A DNA stretch of 64,000 nt from Ostreococcus lucimarinus (lineage: Eukaryota), in NCBI GenBank assembly GCA_000092065.1, contig CP000594.1. The stretch is one strand, 5' to 3'. Numbering within the stretch: position 1 is the first letter of the stretch; every line of letters starts with the position of its first letter. The position numbers and the translations under genes were made by a program. Below are positions 1 through 9,515 of the stretch, piece after piece. The notes beneath the pieces were generated by a model that was given only the letters and a program-made list of their open reading frames with translations, searched no databases and was not told the origin of the DNA.

Positions 1-983
1 TCGAGGCGCAAGGCCTTGATATCCGCCCATTGCCCACGTCCGTAGTGCGTGACGCCGCGAACCAAAGCTTTAACTTCGGGTAGACTCCAAGGGCGATGCG
101 TCTTGGGTTTCGCGGGTGCCGCCATCGCGCCAACGTCGAAGCGCGCCGCTTCGGGCGCCGACGGGGGCTTGGGCGCCGCGCTCGGCGCCGCGTCAAACGT
201 CGTCAAATTCGATCGTGCCCTAGAGGTTTTCATCGTTCGGCGCTTCTTCGGGCATCTCACCGAAAGTGGGCCGAGGTACTCGCTTCGTCGTTTCCCTTGC
301 CCGCGCGGTTTAGGCGCCGGAGCCGTCGGGTGTTCGTTTTCGTCATCCGATCCGCGCGTCATCATGGCGCACAGCACGTTTGCCGCGGAGAACGGGGATT
401 GAATCCCCGGCGTTTGCGTGCGGTCGGGCACGGACAACGCCTCGAGACGAGCATTTTTCAAAGACGTCGGCACGGTGAGCATGGGCGGCGGCGGTATCAT
501 CATCGCCAATCCTCTTCCCGAGCACGTCGCCTCTTGCCCAGCCTCCACGCGCTCGCCGCCCTCGACGTCTTCGCCATCGACGTGCGTCGTCGTTCGATGG
601 CTCCCATCGCTCGCACTCGGCGAGTTTTTCTTCTCGTCCTCAACACCGCCGCGAAACGTCGCACCGGCGGGCGTCGCGCCCATCCCCACCATCGGCATCA
701 TCGCGAACGGATTAAACGGCATCGGCGCGAAAATCATCGGCGCCGTGACCCCTCCATCCGTCATCCCGCCCTTCATCACCGCCGCCTGTCGCCGCAATCC
801 CTCAACGTTCGGCCCGAACGCCGCCATCATCATCGCGTTGCCCGGCATGGCGAACGGAAACCCGCCCGCCGCCGTCGCCGCCGCCGTGCGCGTCGCCGCG
901 CCCCCCCCCTCGCGCGCCTTCGCGTCCCCATCTCTTCGCATCTCCGCCGCATGCCGTCGCACCGCGATCGCCGGAGGCGTCAT
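1..983 (-). CDS. Myb/SANT telobox-like DNA-binding protein, partial (the C-terminal end lies beyond the window start)
   Basis: A minus-strand ORF is open from an ATG at 983..981 to the window edge; the track misses it because it runs off the edge. The N-terminal part is Met/Pro/Ala-rich and low-complexity. At positions 1..120 it encodes ...KPKTHRPWSLPEVKALVRGVTHYGRGQWADIKALRL, a typical TRF-like Myb/telobox motif (W..E...L..GV..YG.G.W..I). I translated this by hand and checked the frame over 1..1140. Confidence 0.6.
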   Translation of the reverse strand, partial: MTPPAIAVRRHAAEMRRDGDAKAREGGGAATRTAAATAAGGFPFAMPGNAMMMAAFGPNVEGLRRQAAVMKGGMTDGGVTAPMIFAPMPFNPFAMMPMVGMGATPAGATFRGGVEDEKKNSPSASDGSHRTTTHVDGEDVEGGERVEAGQEATCSGRGLAMMIPPPPMLTVPTSLKNARLEALSVPDRTQTPGIQSPFSAANVLCAMMTRGSDDENEHPTAPAPKPRGQGKRRSEYLGPLSVRCPKKRRTMKTSRARSNLTTFDAAPSAAPKPPSAPEAARFDVGAMAAPAKPKTHRPWSLPEVKALVRGVTHYGRGQWADIKALRL

Positions 984-1774
984 CTTTAATCTGCATCGCG
1001 AGAAATCGCACGCATTCGTCAGTCTCGCGTCCTTCGCGCGCGCGCGCGGGTGGATAATCCACTCCCGAGCGTTACTCAAAATAAACAATACTCGGACATT
1101 CGACTCGTATACGAGTATACGAAATCCCGATCACCCAAAACCGTATCTGATCGCGTCCCACCGCTGTCTCCGCGTCGCTTCCGTCGGGTCGTTGACGACG
1201 CCATCGAACGCGCGCGCGGACGCGCGCGCCGACGCCCTCGCGCCGCGCGCGCCGCGCGCGTGATGCGCAAGAATCTTTCGCACCCCTCGACGCGGCACCA
1301 CCCCCCCCTCCCGCGCGCGCGCGCGAGATCGACGCCCGCGGTCGACCTCCGCGCGCACGCGCCATCGTCCGTCCGCGCCGCGCCCCCGTCCGCGCGACGC
1401 CCTTCCGTCCGCGCGCGCGACGCCATCGCGCGAAGTCCTAACTCACGCACCGTATCCGCGAGCGCTCGCGCCGTTCGACGCCCCTCGCGCGCGCGCGTCG
1501 CCGACGTCGCCGCGCGTTCGAATGTCGCCGCGCGTGGCGACCGCGACGTGTCGGGCGTCCGCGATTTTGGCGCGAAAAAGATTTCCCATACTCCAGCGCG
1601 TTTTCGCCCATCGTTGCGTGTTTATACCGTATAGGCACCCTCGGCGATCCAGGGCAACTCTATCCGGGCGAGAGATTTTTTTAACTTTTCGGGTGTCTTT
1701 TTGCGCGTCGTGTCGAGTCGTGACTCGTCGATGGGGGGGGACTCGCGACCGCCCCCGGAGATATCTGACGTGGA

Positions 1775-3769
1775 TTGTGTATGAGTGTGCGGTCGAGGAG
1801 GGGGGTTGCTAAGATGTTGGCAGATGTTGCCGATCGAATTGACGTCCGCGTCGACGCGCGCGCGCCGGGATTCGTCGACGCGCGCGTCGACGCGCGGTCG
1901 CGGACGTCGGCGTCGATGTGGTCGAACGCGTCGACGCCGTCGATGCCGAGCGCGGAGGAACTGCGCGCGGCGTACGCGGCGAAACAGCGCGTCGACGCGA
2001 TGGCGGATTACGCGAGTCGCGCCGCGGCGGGCGCGCGCGAGGGCGTCGCGAGCGCGCTCGCGAGCGCGAGGACGGGCGCGAGCGAACCGCGGGATGCGTC
2101 GGTGCGCGCGGGGGGGGTAGGCGGCTCGGGAGGGGCGGGGGGTCTGGGGGAGAGGCGATGGACGTGTCACGCGTGCGAGCGGCTCGAGGGCGGCGGGCGA
2201 GGGCCGACGCGCGACGGGACGATCGTGCAGCCGGCGAACGTGCCGATGGTGCTGTTGGAGGTGAAGGGGGAGGTTGTGGAGCGGTGCGCGCTGCCGATGG
2301 GGAAGGATGATTTGGTGAAGGGGGAGATGATGACCATCGGGAAGTGGTTGGCGCGCGTCGTCGGGGCGGAGGGCGCGACGCCGGAGAAGCCGAGGGTGTT
2401 GGTGCGACCGCCTGAGGCGGAGGATGAGGCGAGCAAGCGCGCGGGCGGAGCGGTGGTGGCGCAGCACGCGGTGGCGCAGCACGCGGTGGCGCAGCACGCG
2501 CCACCGTTGATGATTCCGACGCCGAGTTTGGCGACGCAGCCTCGAGCGGGCGGGCTCGAGGCGCCGGGCGCGCGACGAGAATATTATCGCGAAGAACATC
2601 AGCAGCAGTATCAGCAGCATCCGTCGCCGCCGCAGCAGCAGCCTAGATACCAGATATACGAACCGCCGCCGAGATTCGAGCGCGCGGTCGATCCCGACAC
2701 CGGCACCCGCGAACGGTGGATGGGCGGCGGTTGGCGAGGGCGAGGGAGCGGAGACGATCGTCCGCGCGGTGTGACGCAGCAAGAGGTCGACGCTGCGCGA
2801 GCGCGTTTGTTAGAGCTCGAGCAAGAAGCGAGAATTCGCGCCGAGGTCGCTGCCGCCGAGGCGATGGCGCGTCAACAACAAGCTGAAGCCGCGAGGCTTT
2901 CAGCGGAAACTGCGCTGGAGCAAATGTCTCAAGCCGAGGCGGCGAATCGCGCGGTAAGAGACGCAGAGTACGCCGCCGCGGAGGCGAAACGATTAGCGTA
3001 TTTCGCTGCAGAAAATCAACGCGAAGCAGAGAGTCAATTCATCTCCATGCTTCCCTTGGACGGCGTGGAGACGGCAGTAGAGGCGCAGCGCCGAGTAACG
3101 GAACTCGACGATATTCAGCGTCGCATCGCGGAGCACGAGCGCGCGGCGGCGGCGCACACGCTCGCCCCGCCGCCGCGAGAAGTGCCGCATCAGTATCCAT
3201 CGTCTGTGGCGCCTCAGGCACCACCCATGGTGACGTACGCGCCGCCGCTACCGCAACAGGAACAGCAGCAATACCAGCCGCCGCAACAGCAGTACCGGCC
3301 GCCACAACAACAGCAGGAATACCAGCCGCCGCATCGGCAACAACAGTACCAGCCGCCGCCGCAACAACAGCAGCAGCAGCCAGCTTCCACCGTTTCAGTG
3401 CGTTTCGAGGCTCCATATCAGCCGCCTCCGCAATCAGCGCCGAAACGGGCGGAGGCGGAGATCGAGTACACGACTTCGCCATCCAACGTCAAGGACAGAG
3501 CGGCGGCGTTCGGGCACGTCACCATCAAATCCAAGCCAGCGTCTCGTCCCGTCGACCCAGTCGCTCAAACGTACGCGAACAGTGGTACGTCGCAAACGAG
3601 CGCAAGTCCGCACGCGTTGGCGCAAGTCATGCGTCAAGAGCGCCCACCGACGGCATCCCAACAGCAGCAGCAGCAGCTCCCTTCGAAGAAGGAAGAAACG
3701 CCCGAGGAGCTCCGGCGAAAGATTGCACTGCTCGAGCGCTTGGCGCGTTCGAGAGGTCTTATCGCGTGA
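1775..3769 (+). CDS. hypothetical Gln/Pro-rich coiled-coil protein
   Basis: 664-aa ORF with varied composition, a central coiled-coil segment (EVDAARARLLELEQEARIRAEVAAAEAMARQQQAEAARL...) and QQYQPP / AQHAV repeats. The overlapping minus ORF 1622..2782 is Arg-rich junk. The start is uncertain; in-frame Met codons also occur near 1814 and 1916. Confidence 0.45.
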   Translation: MCMSVRSRRGVAKMLADVADRIDVRVDARAPGFVDARVDARSRTSASMWSNASTPSMPSAEELRAAYAAKQRVDAMADYASRAAAGAREGVASALASARTGASEPRDASVRAGGVGGSGGAGGLGERRWTCHACERLEGGGRGPTRDGTIVQPANVPMVLLEVKGEVVERCALPMGKDDLVKGEMMTIGKWLARVVGAEGATPEKPRVLVRPPEAEDEASKRAGGAVVAQHAVAQHAVAQHAPPLMIPTPSLATQPRAGGLEAPGARREYYREEHQQQYQQHPSPPQQQPRYQIYEPPPRFERAVDPDTGTRERWMGGGWRGRGSGDDRPRGVTQQEVDAARARLLELEQEARIRAEVAAAEAMARQQQAEAARLSAETALEQMSQAEAANRAVRDAEYAAAEAKRLAYFAAENQREAESQFISMLPLDGVETAVEAQRRVTELDDIQRRIAEHERAAAAHTLAPPPREVPHQYPSSVAPQAPPMVTYAPPLPQQEQQQYQPPQQQYRPPQQQQEYQPPHRQQQYQPPPQQQQQQPASTVSVRFEAPYQPPPQSAPKRAEAEIEYTTSPSNVKDRAAAFGHVTIKSKPASRPVDPVAQTYANSGTSQTSASPHALAQVMRQERPPTASQQQQQQLPSKKEETPEELRRKIALLERLARSRGLIA

Positions 3770-3840
3770 GTGACGTTCGATCACGTTCTTTCCAGTCGTT
3801 CATTGTCATGTACAATAATGTATCTAGTATTTCTATGTGT

Positions 3841-5895
3841 CTACTTTTTGCCCTTACCTCGCCGTGGCGGCCCGCCTTTATTTGCCTTGTCCATCTTGCC
3901 GAGTACGCCGTCCATGCCGCGGCGCTTGCCTCGCGCGTGCCCCGACACTTGTTCCTTCCACGCGCCCTCGGCGCGTAAACCTTCGTCAACACCGTATTCA
4001 TCTGCCGTCCGAGCTTTACCGAGACGCTTCATGGACTCGCTCTTCGGCGCGGAAGCGTCGAAGAAGGCTTCTCGATTACCCGTGACGCGAGCGCGTTTGG
4101 TCTTTTCCTGAGCGCGCTCGAGCTTGGCGCGCTCTTGCAAAGGCAAGTCAGCCTTGGTGGCGCGACCGTCTTTGAACGCGTTGGCGTGGAACTCGTCTTT
4201 CGCGGCGTACATCTTCGGTTCGTTGGCGTCGTCGTCGTCGACTTCGTCTCCGCCGTCTGCGTCTCCTTCGTCGTCGCTCACCAACTCGAAATGATCCTCC
4301 AATATCTCCTTGCGCTCATTTTTCTTGAGTTTTGGCGCGTTAGGGTGCAGCGCCTTGAACGCTTCGTCGTCTTCATTGATTTCGAATTGCTCATCCTTGA
4401 ACATCGCCGCAAAACGGTCGTCATCGAGCAAGCTTCCGCCAGGCGCGACGACGCCGACGTCGTCGCCGTCCTCGTCCACGCCTTCGACATCCTCCCTTTC
4501 GGCGGTACCGATGCGCGCGGCGAGCATGGCGTTGACCTTTGGCGCCTTCTTTTTGACCGTAATTCTGCTCGTACGCTCCTCCTCGAGCTTCTCCTTGATT
4601 TTCTTCTTCTTGAAGTCTTCGTAAGAGAATGGCTCAGCGATCGCCTTTGCCTTGCCGTACAGGCGATTGTCCATGAAGTAACCGTGCATGTACGCCCTGA
4701 GCATCTTGGTCCCGATCAAGTGCGAGAGATGGAGCTTGTCTAACTCCTCCTTTGTGACGAATCTGTAATCGTCGTACAAGGTCTCTTGCTGTTGCTCTTC
4801 CATTTCTTCCGTGAGATTTTCGAGGAACGAGCACCACTTCGGCGCCGCGCCGAGCGCCGGCGTGAAATATACGCTCATCTGCGTGTGCTCCTGTGTCATC
4901 ATCATCAGCCCAGTTTTGTCCCACATGCACAAATCATTGATTTCGTATCCGGGCTCGATCGAGGTGTACGGCGTGCCCGTGCGTTCGTCCCAAACTTTGA
5001 CGATTTTCTTATCCGTCGACACCACGCGTCGCGTGCCATCCACCGACGTGTGATACTTCAAATCAATAATTGGAAATCCGTTCATGTGATCCTTCACCCT
5101 GAGCGGTCGCGAGCTTCGCAAATCATACAGCCTGATGTATCCACCCTCGCTACCGACGGCGATTTGCAACCCATTCGGGTCGAATCGCAGCGAAGTCACG
5201 CCGCCCTCGTCTCGCTGGTCGCACACCCGCATCGTCGCGCACGACTTTCTCGCGCGCAAATCAAAACACTCCAACTCTCCATCCCCCGATCCCGCGGCGA
5301 ACAATCCGTGCGTCGGTGATATTCCACACACATTCAACTCCTCGCACGCGCTCTCTAACGGCTGTAAGAACCGCCCTTGCTCTAAATTCAACCGCCACAC
5401 CTCGCTCGAGCTCCCGACCACGCACAAGTCCCCGGTGTTCTCCGAGTACGCCAAATCCCGTCCCTGCTTCGGCGTTCGCGTCTGATAATACGCCCCAAAC
5501 TTTGCGTGAAACCGAATCGACCTATCCGCGCACAAAAACGCCAACTTCGAGTAATCATCGCTCAGGCATTGAAAATCCACCACCTCCGCGTCCAGCCCGC
5601 GCGACCACTTCGCGCTCAGCTGGCTCAAATCGTAGCACTTCACCTGCGGCGGGTGCAGCCCGCTCACGATCGCGTACCGCCCGTCCGCCGTCACCTTACA
5701 CCGCCCCGACGACGCCGGAAAGTTCAAGTCCTGCACCAGCTCGATCCGCCGCTGATACTCGACGTTCTTCCGCAGCTTGCGCGTCGATTTCTCGAGCTTG
5801 GCCCACTCCGGCGCCGCGCGCGCCGCGCTCACCTCGTACACCTTCACCCCGTTCAGCTCGCGGAGCTTGATGGCGCCGCCGTCGAGGGACGTCAT
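3841..5895 (-). CDS. NOL10: nucleolar protein 10 (NOL10/Enp2) homologue
   Basis: Collinear similarity to NOL10 as I recall it: KVYEVS...RRIELVQDLNFP...YDLSQLSAKWSRGLDAEVVDFQCLSDDYSKLAFLCADRSIRFHAKFGAYYQTRTPKQGRD...SSEVWRLNLEQGRFLQPL, followed by an acidic/basic C-terminal tail. I placed the start at the ATG at 5895 (MTSLDGGAIKL). The track's longer start at 6057 would run into the tandem-repeat promoter. Confidence 0.85.
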   Translation of the reverse strand: MTSLDGGAIKLRELNGVKVYEVSAARAAPEWAKLEKSTRKLRKNVEYQRRIELVQDLNFPASSGRCKVTADGRYAIVSGLHPPQVKCYDLSQLSAKWSRGLDAEVVDFQCLSDDYSKLAFLCADRSIRFHAKFGAYYQTRTPKQGRDLAYSENTGDLCVVGSSSEVWRLNLEQGRFLQPLESACEELNVCGISPTHGLFAAGSGDGELECFDLRARKSCATMRVCDQRDEGGVTSLRFDPNGLQIAVGSEGGYIRLYDLRSSRPLRVKDHMNGFPIIDLKYHTSVDGTRRVVSTDKKIVKVWDERTGTPYTSIEPGYEINDLCMWDKTGLMMMTQEHTQMSVYFTPALGAAPKWCSFLENLTEEMEEQQQETLYDDYRFVTKEELDKLHLSHLIGTKMLRAYMHGYFMDNRLYGKAKAIAEPFSYEDFKKKKIKEKLEEERTSRITVKKKAPKVNAMLAARIGTAEREDVEGVDEDGDDVGVVAPGGSLLDDDRFAAMFKDEQFEINEDDEAFKALHPNAPKLKKNERKEILEDHFELVSDDEGDADGGDEVDDDDANEPKMYAAKDEFHANAFKDGRATKADLPLQERAKLERAQEKTKRARVTGNREAFFDASAPKSESMKRLGKARTADEYGVDEGLRAEGAWKEQVSGHARGKRRGMDGVLGKMDKANKGGPPRRGKGKK

Positions 5896-5994
5896 CGCTC
5901 GCGCGTCCGCGCCGCGTCGCGTGTCCCGCCGCTCGCGCGCGCGCGTCGTCGTGTGCGACGTCGCGCCGCCGCCGGTCGCCGGTCGCGTTCGTTC

Positions 5995-6200
5995 GATCGA
6001 TCGATCGATCGATCGCGCGCGTCGCGCGTCAAACCTCGACGCGTCGATGCGACGCATCTATCGATCGACGCGCGCGGGTTCAATCGGCGCGCGGCGTCGT
6101 CGATCGATCGATCGATCGCGCGCGTCGCGCGTCGAACCTCGACGCGCCGATGCGACGCATCTATCGATCGACGCGCGCGGGTTCGATCGGCGCGCGGCGT
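5995..6200. repeat. tandem repeat, unit about 103 bp x about 2.1, rich in (TCGA)n palindromic tracts
   Basis: The direct repeat cgatcgatcgatcgatcg...gcgcgtc(a/g)aacctcgacgcg(t/c)cgatgcgacgcatctatcgatcgacgcgcgcgggttc(a/g)atcggcgcgcggcgtcgt occurs twice, then a partial third copy. It lies in the 364-bp spacer between the divergent NOL10 and GT47 start codons. Confidence 0.8.
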
Positions 6201-6259
6201 CGTCGATCGAACGATCGACCGCGCGACGCCGCGCGCGCACACGGCGACGGCGCGCGTCG

Positions 6260-8554
6260 ATGGCGCCGCCCGCGCGCGCGCGCGCGCTGGGCGCGCTGGG
6301 CGCGCTCGTCGCCGCGCTCGCGGCGCTCGCGACGCTGGAGGTGGGCGCGCGCGCGCGCGCGGGCGCGACGCGGGCGACGACGACGTACGGCGCGCGGGAG
6401 GGGGACGGGACGCGCGCGCGCGAGGCGCGGACGACGGCGGCGGCGGCTCCTCGCGCGCGGGCGCGACCCTCGCCGCTCGCCGCGGACGCGTCGCCGCCGC
6501 CGACGACGACGCCGACGACGAAGGCGACGACGACGGCGACGAAGGCGACGAAGGCGACGAAGGCGACGACGGAGAAGGAGAAGGCGCCGTCCGAGACGGT
6601 TCGAAAGAATGCGTTTGATTCGAAATCGATCGCGGCGTTGTCGTCGTCGCCGACGGTGGGTGAAACGGGGACGTCGTCGCGGAACGCGTCTTCGGCGTCG
6701 AGTTCGATCGAAGCGTGCGCGCACGGCTATCGCTCCGCGTCCGATCCAAAGCTCGGGTGCGCGTGCGGTCACGCGTACGCGGGCGAACGTTGTGAGATCG
6801 ACTCCATCGCCGCGTGCGATAGGGGCGAGATTATGACGTGCGCGTACGTGTTCAGTCCTTGGGGCGACGCGCTCGAGTATCAGAGTTGCGGTTGCGTGAG
6901 CGAATGCGAAAAAGTTTTGAAGCGCGAGCACAATCTTACGGATGCGGAATGGCACAAAATGTCGCACGAAATGCCGGAAAGTATGCAAGTTTGCGTCGAC
7001 AGCGAGGGGAGAAAAGTGAATATGTTCACGCGACAAGCCGTCGCGGCTCCCAGAGCGATTAAAGAGAAGCAGATTTCCACGCACCAACGCAACGTGTGCA
7101 TGCACAACTGTTTCGGGCGAGGCGTGTGCAAGGATCGCGTTTGCTATTGCGAAACCGGACGATTCGGGATGTTGTGCCAATTTGACGCAGACGATGTGTC
7201 GGTCGACACGATCCAGGCGTCCATGGGTACGAAACTCGACGGGAAGCGCGAGATGCGAATAGAGTATTACGACGGTTTGTCGTCTCACGCGCGCATTCCA
7301 CTCTTCACGAAGGCGTATTACTTAGATATTAAAAAGGAACATCTCGGCGAAGATGACCTGCACGAGCAGTCGCAAATTGACGCCTCGGCGTACGCCTCGG
7401 CGGCACATGTAGCGGAGACCATCGTAGAGAAACGCTGGAAGCGAACATTGCTGACGCCTCGATCGGGAACACACAGATTTGTGCCCTTCTTTCCTACAAA
7501 CATAGGAGGCAATGTGGGCGCTGCCGACGTGTATCTCCCATACGTCGTCAGACAGTTGCCAAACAACGATGGCGACGACGATCCGTGGTACATTTTCGTG
7601 AGCATGCAAGACCGAGGCTTCTGTCTGCACGATCGCATGCGCGATATGCTGCCCCCACGTTCCATCGTGGTGCACAGTTTCGGCTGGCAAAAGTTTACAT
7701 CTGAAGATGTCAACGCAGAGGCAAGGTGTCACAGACCGGATTTTGACGTCGTCATCCCTTCGCGCCGACACGCATACCAAACGGCGTTCGACGAGAACGA
7801 TTTCAATGCTTCCTCGAAAACCGGTCCTATGCTTTTCTTTAGCGGTAGCCTCAGAGACGAACCCGGTTGCAAGGGTGAAGATCTATTGCAGAACAGACTG
7901 AAGTGTATAGACGTGTACAGTCAAGGCGTTCGGATGTACGTCGTCGAAACGTTTCAGAACGTCAGCGATTTTAGCTTGAACGCTCCGGGAGGAAAAGAGG
8001 CGTTCTCGCGAGACGTCATGAAGACGGCGAAATACTGCCTGGTCGCGGGTGGACATGGGTTCGACATGCGTCTAGTCGACGGAGTCGCCCGAGGTTGTGT
8101 GCCGTTACTCACGGCCATCCAGATGAGTTATCCGTACGACAACGTCTTGGATTATTCCAAATTCGCCCTCGACATCGGCGATAGATGGGGTAAAACTAGC
8201 GATAAACTCCGGAATTTACCCGACACGCTGAAAGAGGCGTACGCAAAGGGCGATCACGGTGACATGGTTCGTCGTCTGCGGTATGTGCATGAAGTGTACG
8301 TAATGGAAGACGAACTCACCGATGAAGAGTACCGAGAAGCGCACTTGAACAACGTCACCGACGCCGGTTTTGCGACCATGTTAGCTTCCATCGCGCTCGG
8401 CACGAATGTCGTCTTGCCGCCATATTTCCGAACAACGCTCTGCACTCTGGCGTATGATTTTTTAGATGGGCGTGGACACGAGATATTTAAGAAGGAGGCG
8501 CTCGATTCGTTTCGCTGCTCACAAGCCCAGCGGACAAACCCAGCGAACTTGTAA
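6260..8554 (+). CDS. exostosin-like GT47 glycosyltransferase with signal anchor, TKA repeat stem and EGF-like Cys-rich modules
   Basis: Begins MAPPARARALGALGALVAALAALATL (signal anchor). A (TKA)n stem region is encoded by the (GACGAAGGC)n repeat at 6531..6570. Two EGF-like Cys patterns follow (CACGHAYAGERCEID...; NVCMHNCFGRGVCKDRVCYCETGRFGMLCQFD). The C-terminal exostosin signature is KTAKYCLVAGGHGFDMRLVDGVARGCVPLLTAIQMSYPYDNVLDYSKFAL. I rejected the track's upstream start at 5777 because it reads through the tandem repeat. Confidence 0.8.
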   Translation: MAPPARARALGALGALVAALAALATLEVGARARAGATRATTTYGAREGDGTRAREARTTAAAAPRARARPSPLAADASPPPTTTPTTKATTTATKATKATKATTEKEKAPSETVRKNAFDSKSIAALSSSPTVGETGTSSRNASSASSSIEACAHGYRSASDPKLGCACGHAYAGERCEIDSIAACDRGEIMTCAYVFSPWGDALEYQSCGCVSECEKVLKREHNLTDAEWHKMSHEMPESMQVCVDSEGRKVNMFTRQAVAAPRAIKEKQISTHQRNVCMHNCFGRGVCKDRVCYCETGRFGMLCQFDADDVSVDTIQASMGTKLDGKREMRIEYYDGLSSHARIPLFTKAYYLDIKKEHLGEDDLHEQSQIDASAYASAAHVAETIVEKRWKRTLLTPRSGTHRFVPFFPTNIGGNVGAADVYLPYVVRQLPNNDGDDDPWYIFVSMQDRGFCLHDRMRDMLPPRSIVVHSFGWQKFTSEDVNAEARCHRPDFDVVIPSRRHAYQTAFDENDFNASSKTGPMLFFSGSLRDEPGCKGEDLLQNRLKCIDVYSQGVRMYVVETFQNVSDFSLNAPGGKEAFSRDVMKTAKYCLVAGGHGFDMRLVDGVARGCVPLLTAIQMSYPYDNVLDYSKFALDIGDRWGKTSDKLRNLPDTLKEAYAKGDHGDMVRRLRYVHEVYVMEDELTDEEYREAHLNNVTDAGFATMLASIALGTNVVLPPYFRTTLCTLAYDFLDGRGHEIFKKEALDSFRCSQAQRTNPANL

Positions 8555-8574
8555 AAAGTTGTAAAATAGTGTAA
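8550..8574 (+). terminator. three tandem TGTAA motifs (green-algal poly(A) signal) at and just after the GT47 stop codon
   Basis: cttgTAAaaagtTGTAAaatagTGTAAat. TGTAA is the established poly(A) signal in Chlorophyta. Confidence 0.5.
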
Positions 8575-8653
8575 ATAGCCGCTGTCGACGTGTCCATGTC
8601 GACGAGTCGATCGATCGATTTAACGTTATAACATGGATTACACAAATTAAAAC

Positions 8654-9472
8654 TCAGTCTTGGTTGATTTCCTCGCGGTCGTTTCCCCAGAGCTTAGTGC
8701 CGTGGTCCTGGTACCGCTTGCACGCGGCCCAATACATCGCGTACGCGCCCAAACCGATCATGGCCCCGAGCGCGTTTCTTGCCACGGGCGTCCCTAAAAC
8801 CGCCAACGGGTTCAGCGTCTCCGCGGGTAAAATACCACACCCCTGCAGCATCTCCTTCTCCCGCACCGTGTACTTTCCCGGCGGCAACAGCACCTTCGTT
8901 CCCGCTTTCAGCGCGCCGAGTTTCGGATTTAACCGCTCCACCTCCGCCTTTGAGATCTTTCTCGGCTCGATGATATCGTTCAGCGACTCCCCTCCCCGGC
9001 ACGGATACACTCGCGGTTCATTCACTCCTCGTATCCCATCGATGATCTCTTGATCACGTTTGCTCACGCGATTCGCCGGGAGTAAAATCGTCGTCCCCGG
9101 CGCCAGCCCCTCGCCCCGCAAACTCTTGTTATACTTCTTCACCTCGCCCGCGCTCATCGACCGCTTGGACGCGATCGACTCCAGCGTGTCGCCCTTTCGC
9201 ACCGTGTACGGTCGCACCGCGCGCGCGATCGTCGCCGTTCGCGCGTCGCCGCGCGCGCGTCGCCGCGGCGTCGGCGATCGCGCGCTTTCCGAAGAGATTC
9301 GATTCGCCAACTTTGACCGCGTCGCGCGCGTCGCGACGACGGATTCGCGCCCCGCGACGGCGCGCATGACGACGCGAGCGCGCGCGCGCGCGAAACGAGG
9401 ACGCGGGCGGCGCGACGGAGGACGCGCGGCGGCGATGGACGCGATAATGCGTCGAATTGTGAAGGTTCGCAT
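8654..9472 (-). CDS. LysM-domain protein (two LysM repeats), probably organelle-targeted, with a C-terminal transmembrane segment
   Basis: Two LysM motifs: YTVRKGDTLESIASKRSMSAGEVKKYNKSL and YPCRGGESLNDIIEPRKISKAEVERLNPKL. The N-terminus is transit-peptide-like (R/A/S/T-rich). The start is ambiguous (ATG at 9472 or 9367). The track's start at 9577 would overlap the TFIP11 start. Confidence 0.65.
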   Translation of the reverse strand: MRTFTIRRIIASIAAARPPSRRPRPRFARARARVVMRAVAGRESVVATRATRSKLANRISSESARSPTPRRRARGDARTATIARAVRPYTVRKGDTLESIASKRSMSAGEVKKYNKSLRGEGLAPGTTILLPANRVSKRDQEIIDGIRGVNEPRVYPCRGGESLNDIIEPRKISKAEVERLNPKLGALKAGTKVLLPPGKYTVREKEMLQGCGILPAETLNPLAVLGTPVARNALGAMIGLGAYAMYWAACKRYQDHGTKLWGNDREEINQD

Positions 9473-9515
9473 CGCTCGCGTCACGTCGCGACGCGCGCGC
9501 GACGCCGCGCGCGCG

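Noticed and set aside
1622-2782. 386-aa minus-strand ORF overlapping the Q/P-rich gene
   Set aside because: Arg/Pro/His-rich low-complexity translation (RRRRMLL..., RVLRHRVLRHRVLRHH) typical of antisense reading of GC-rich coding DNA. No conserved motif.
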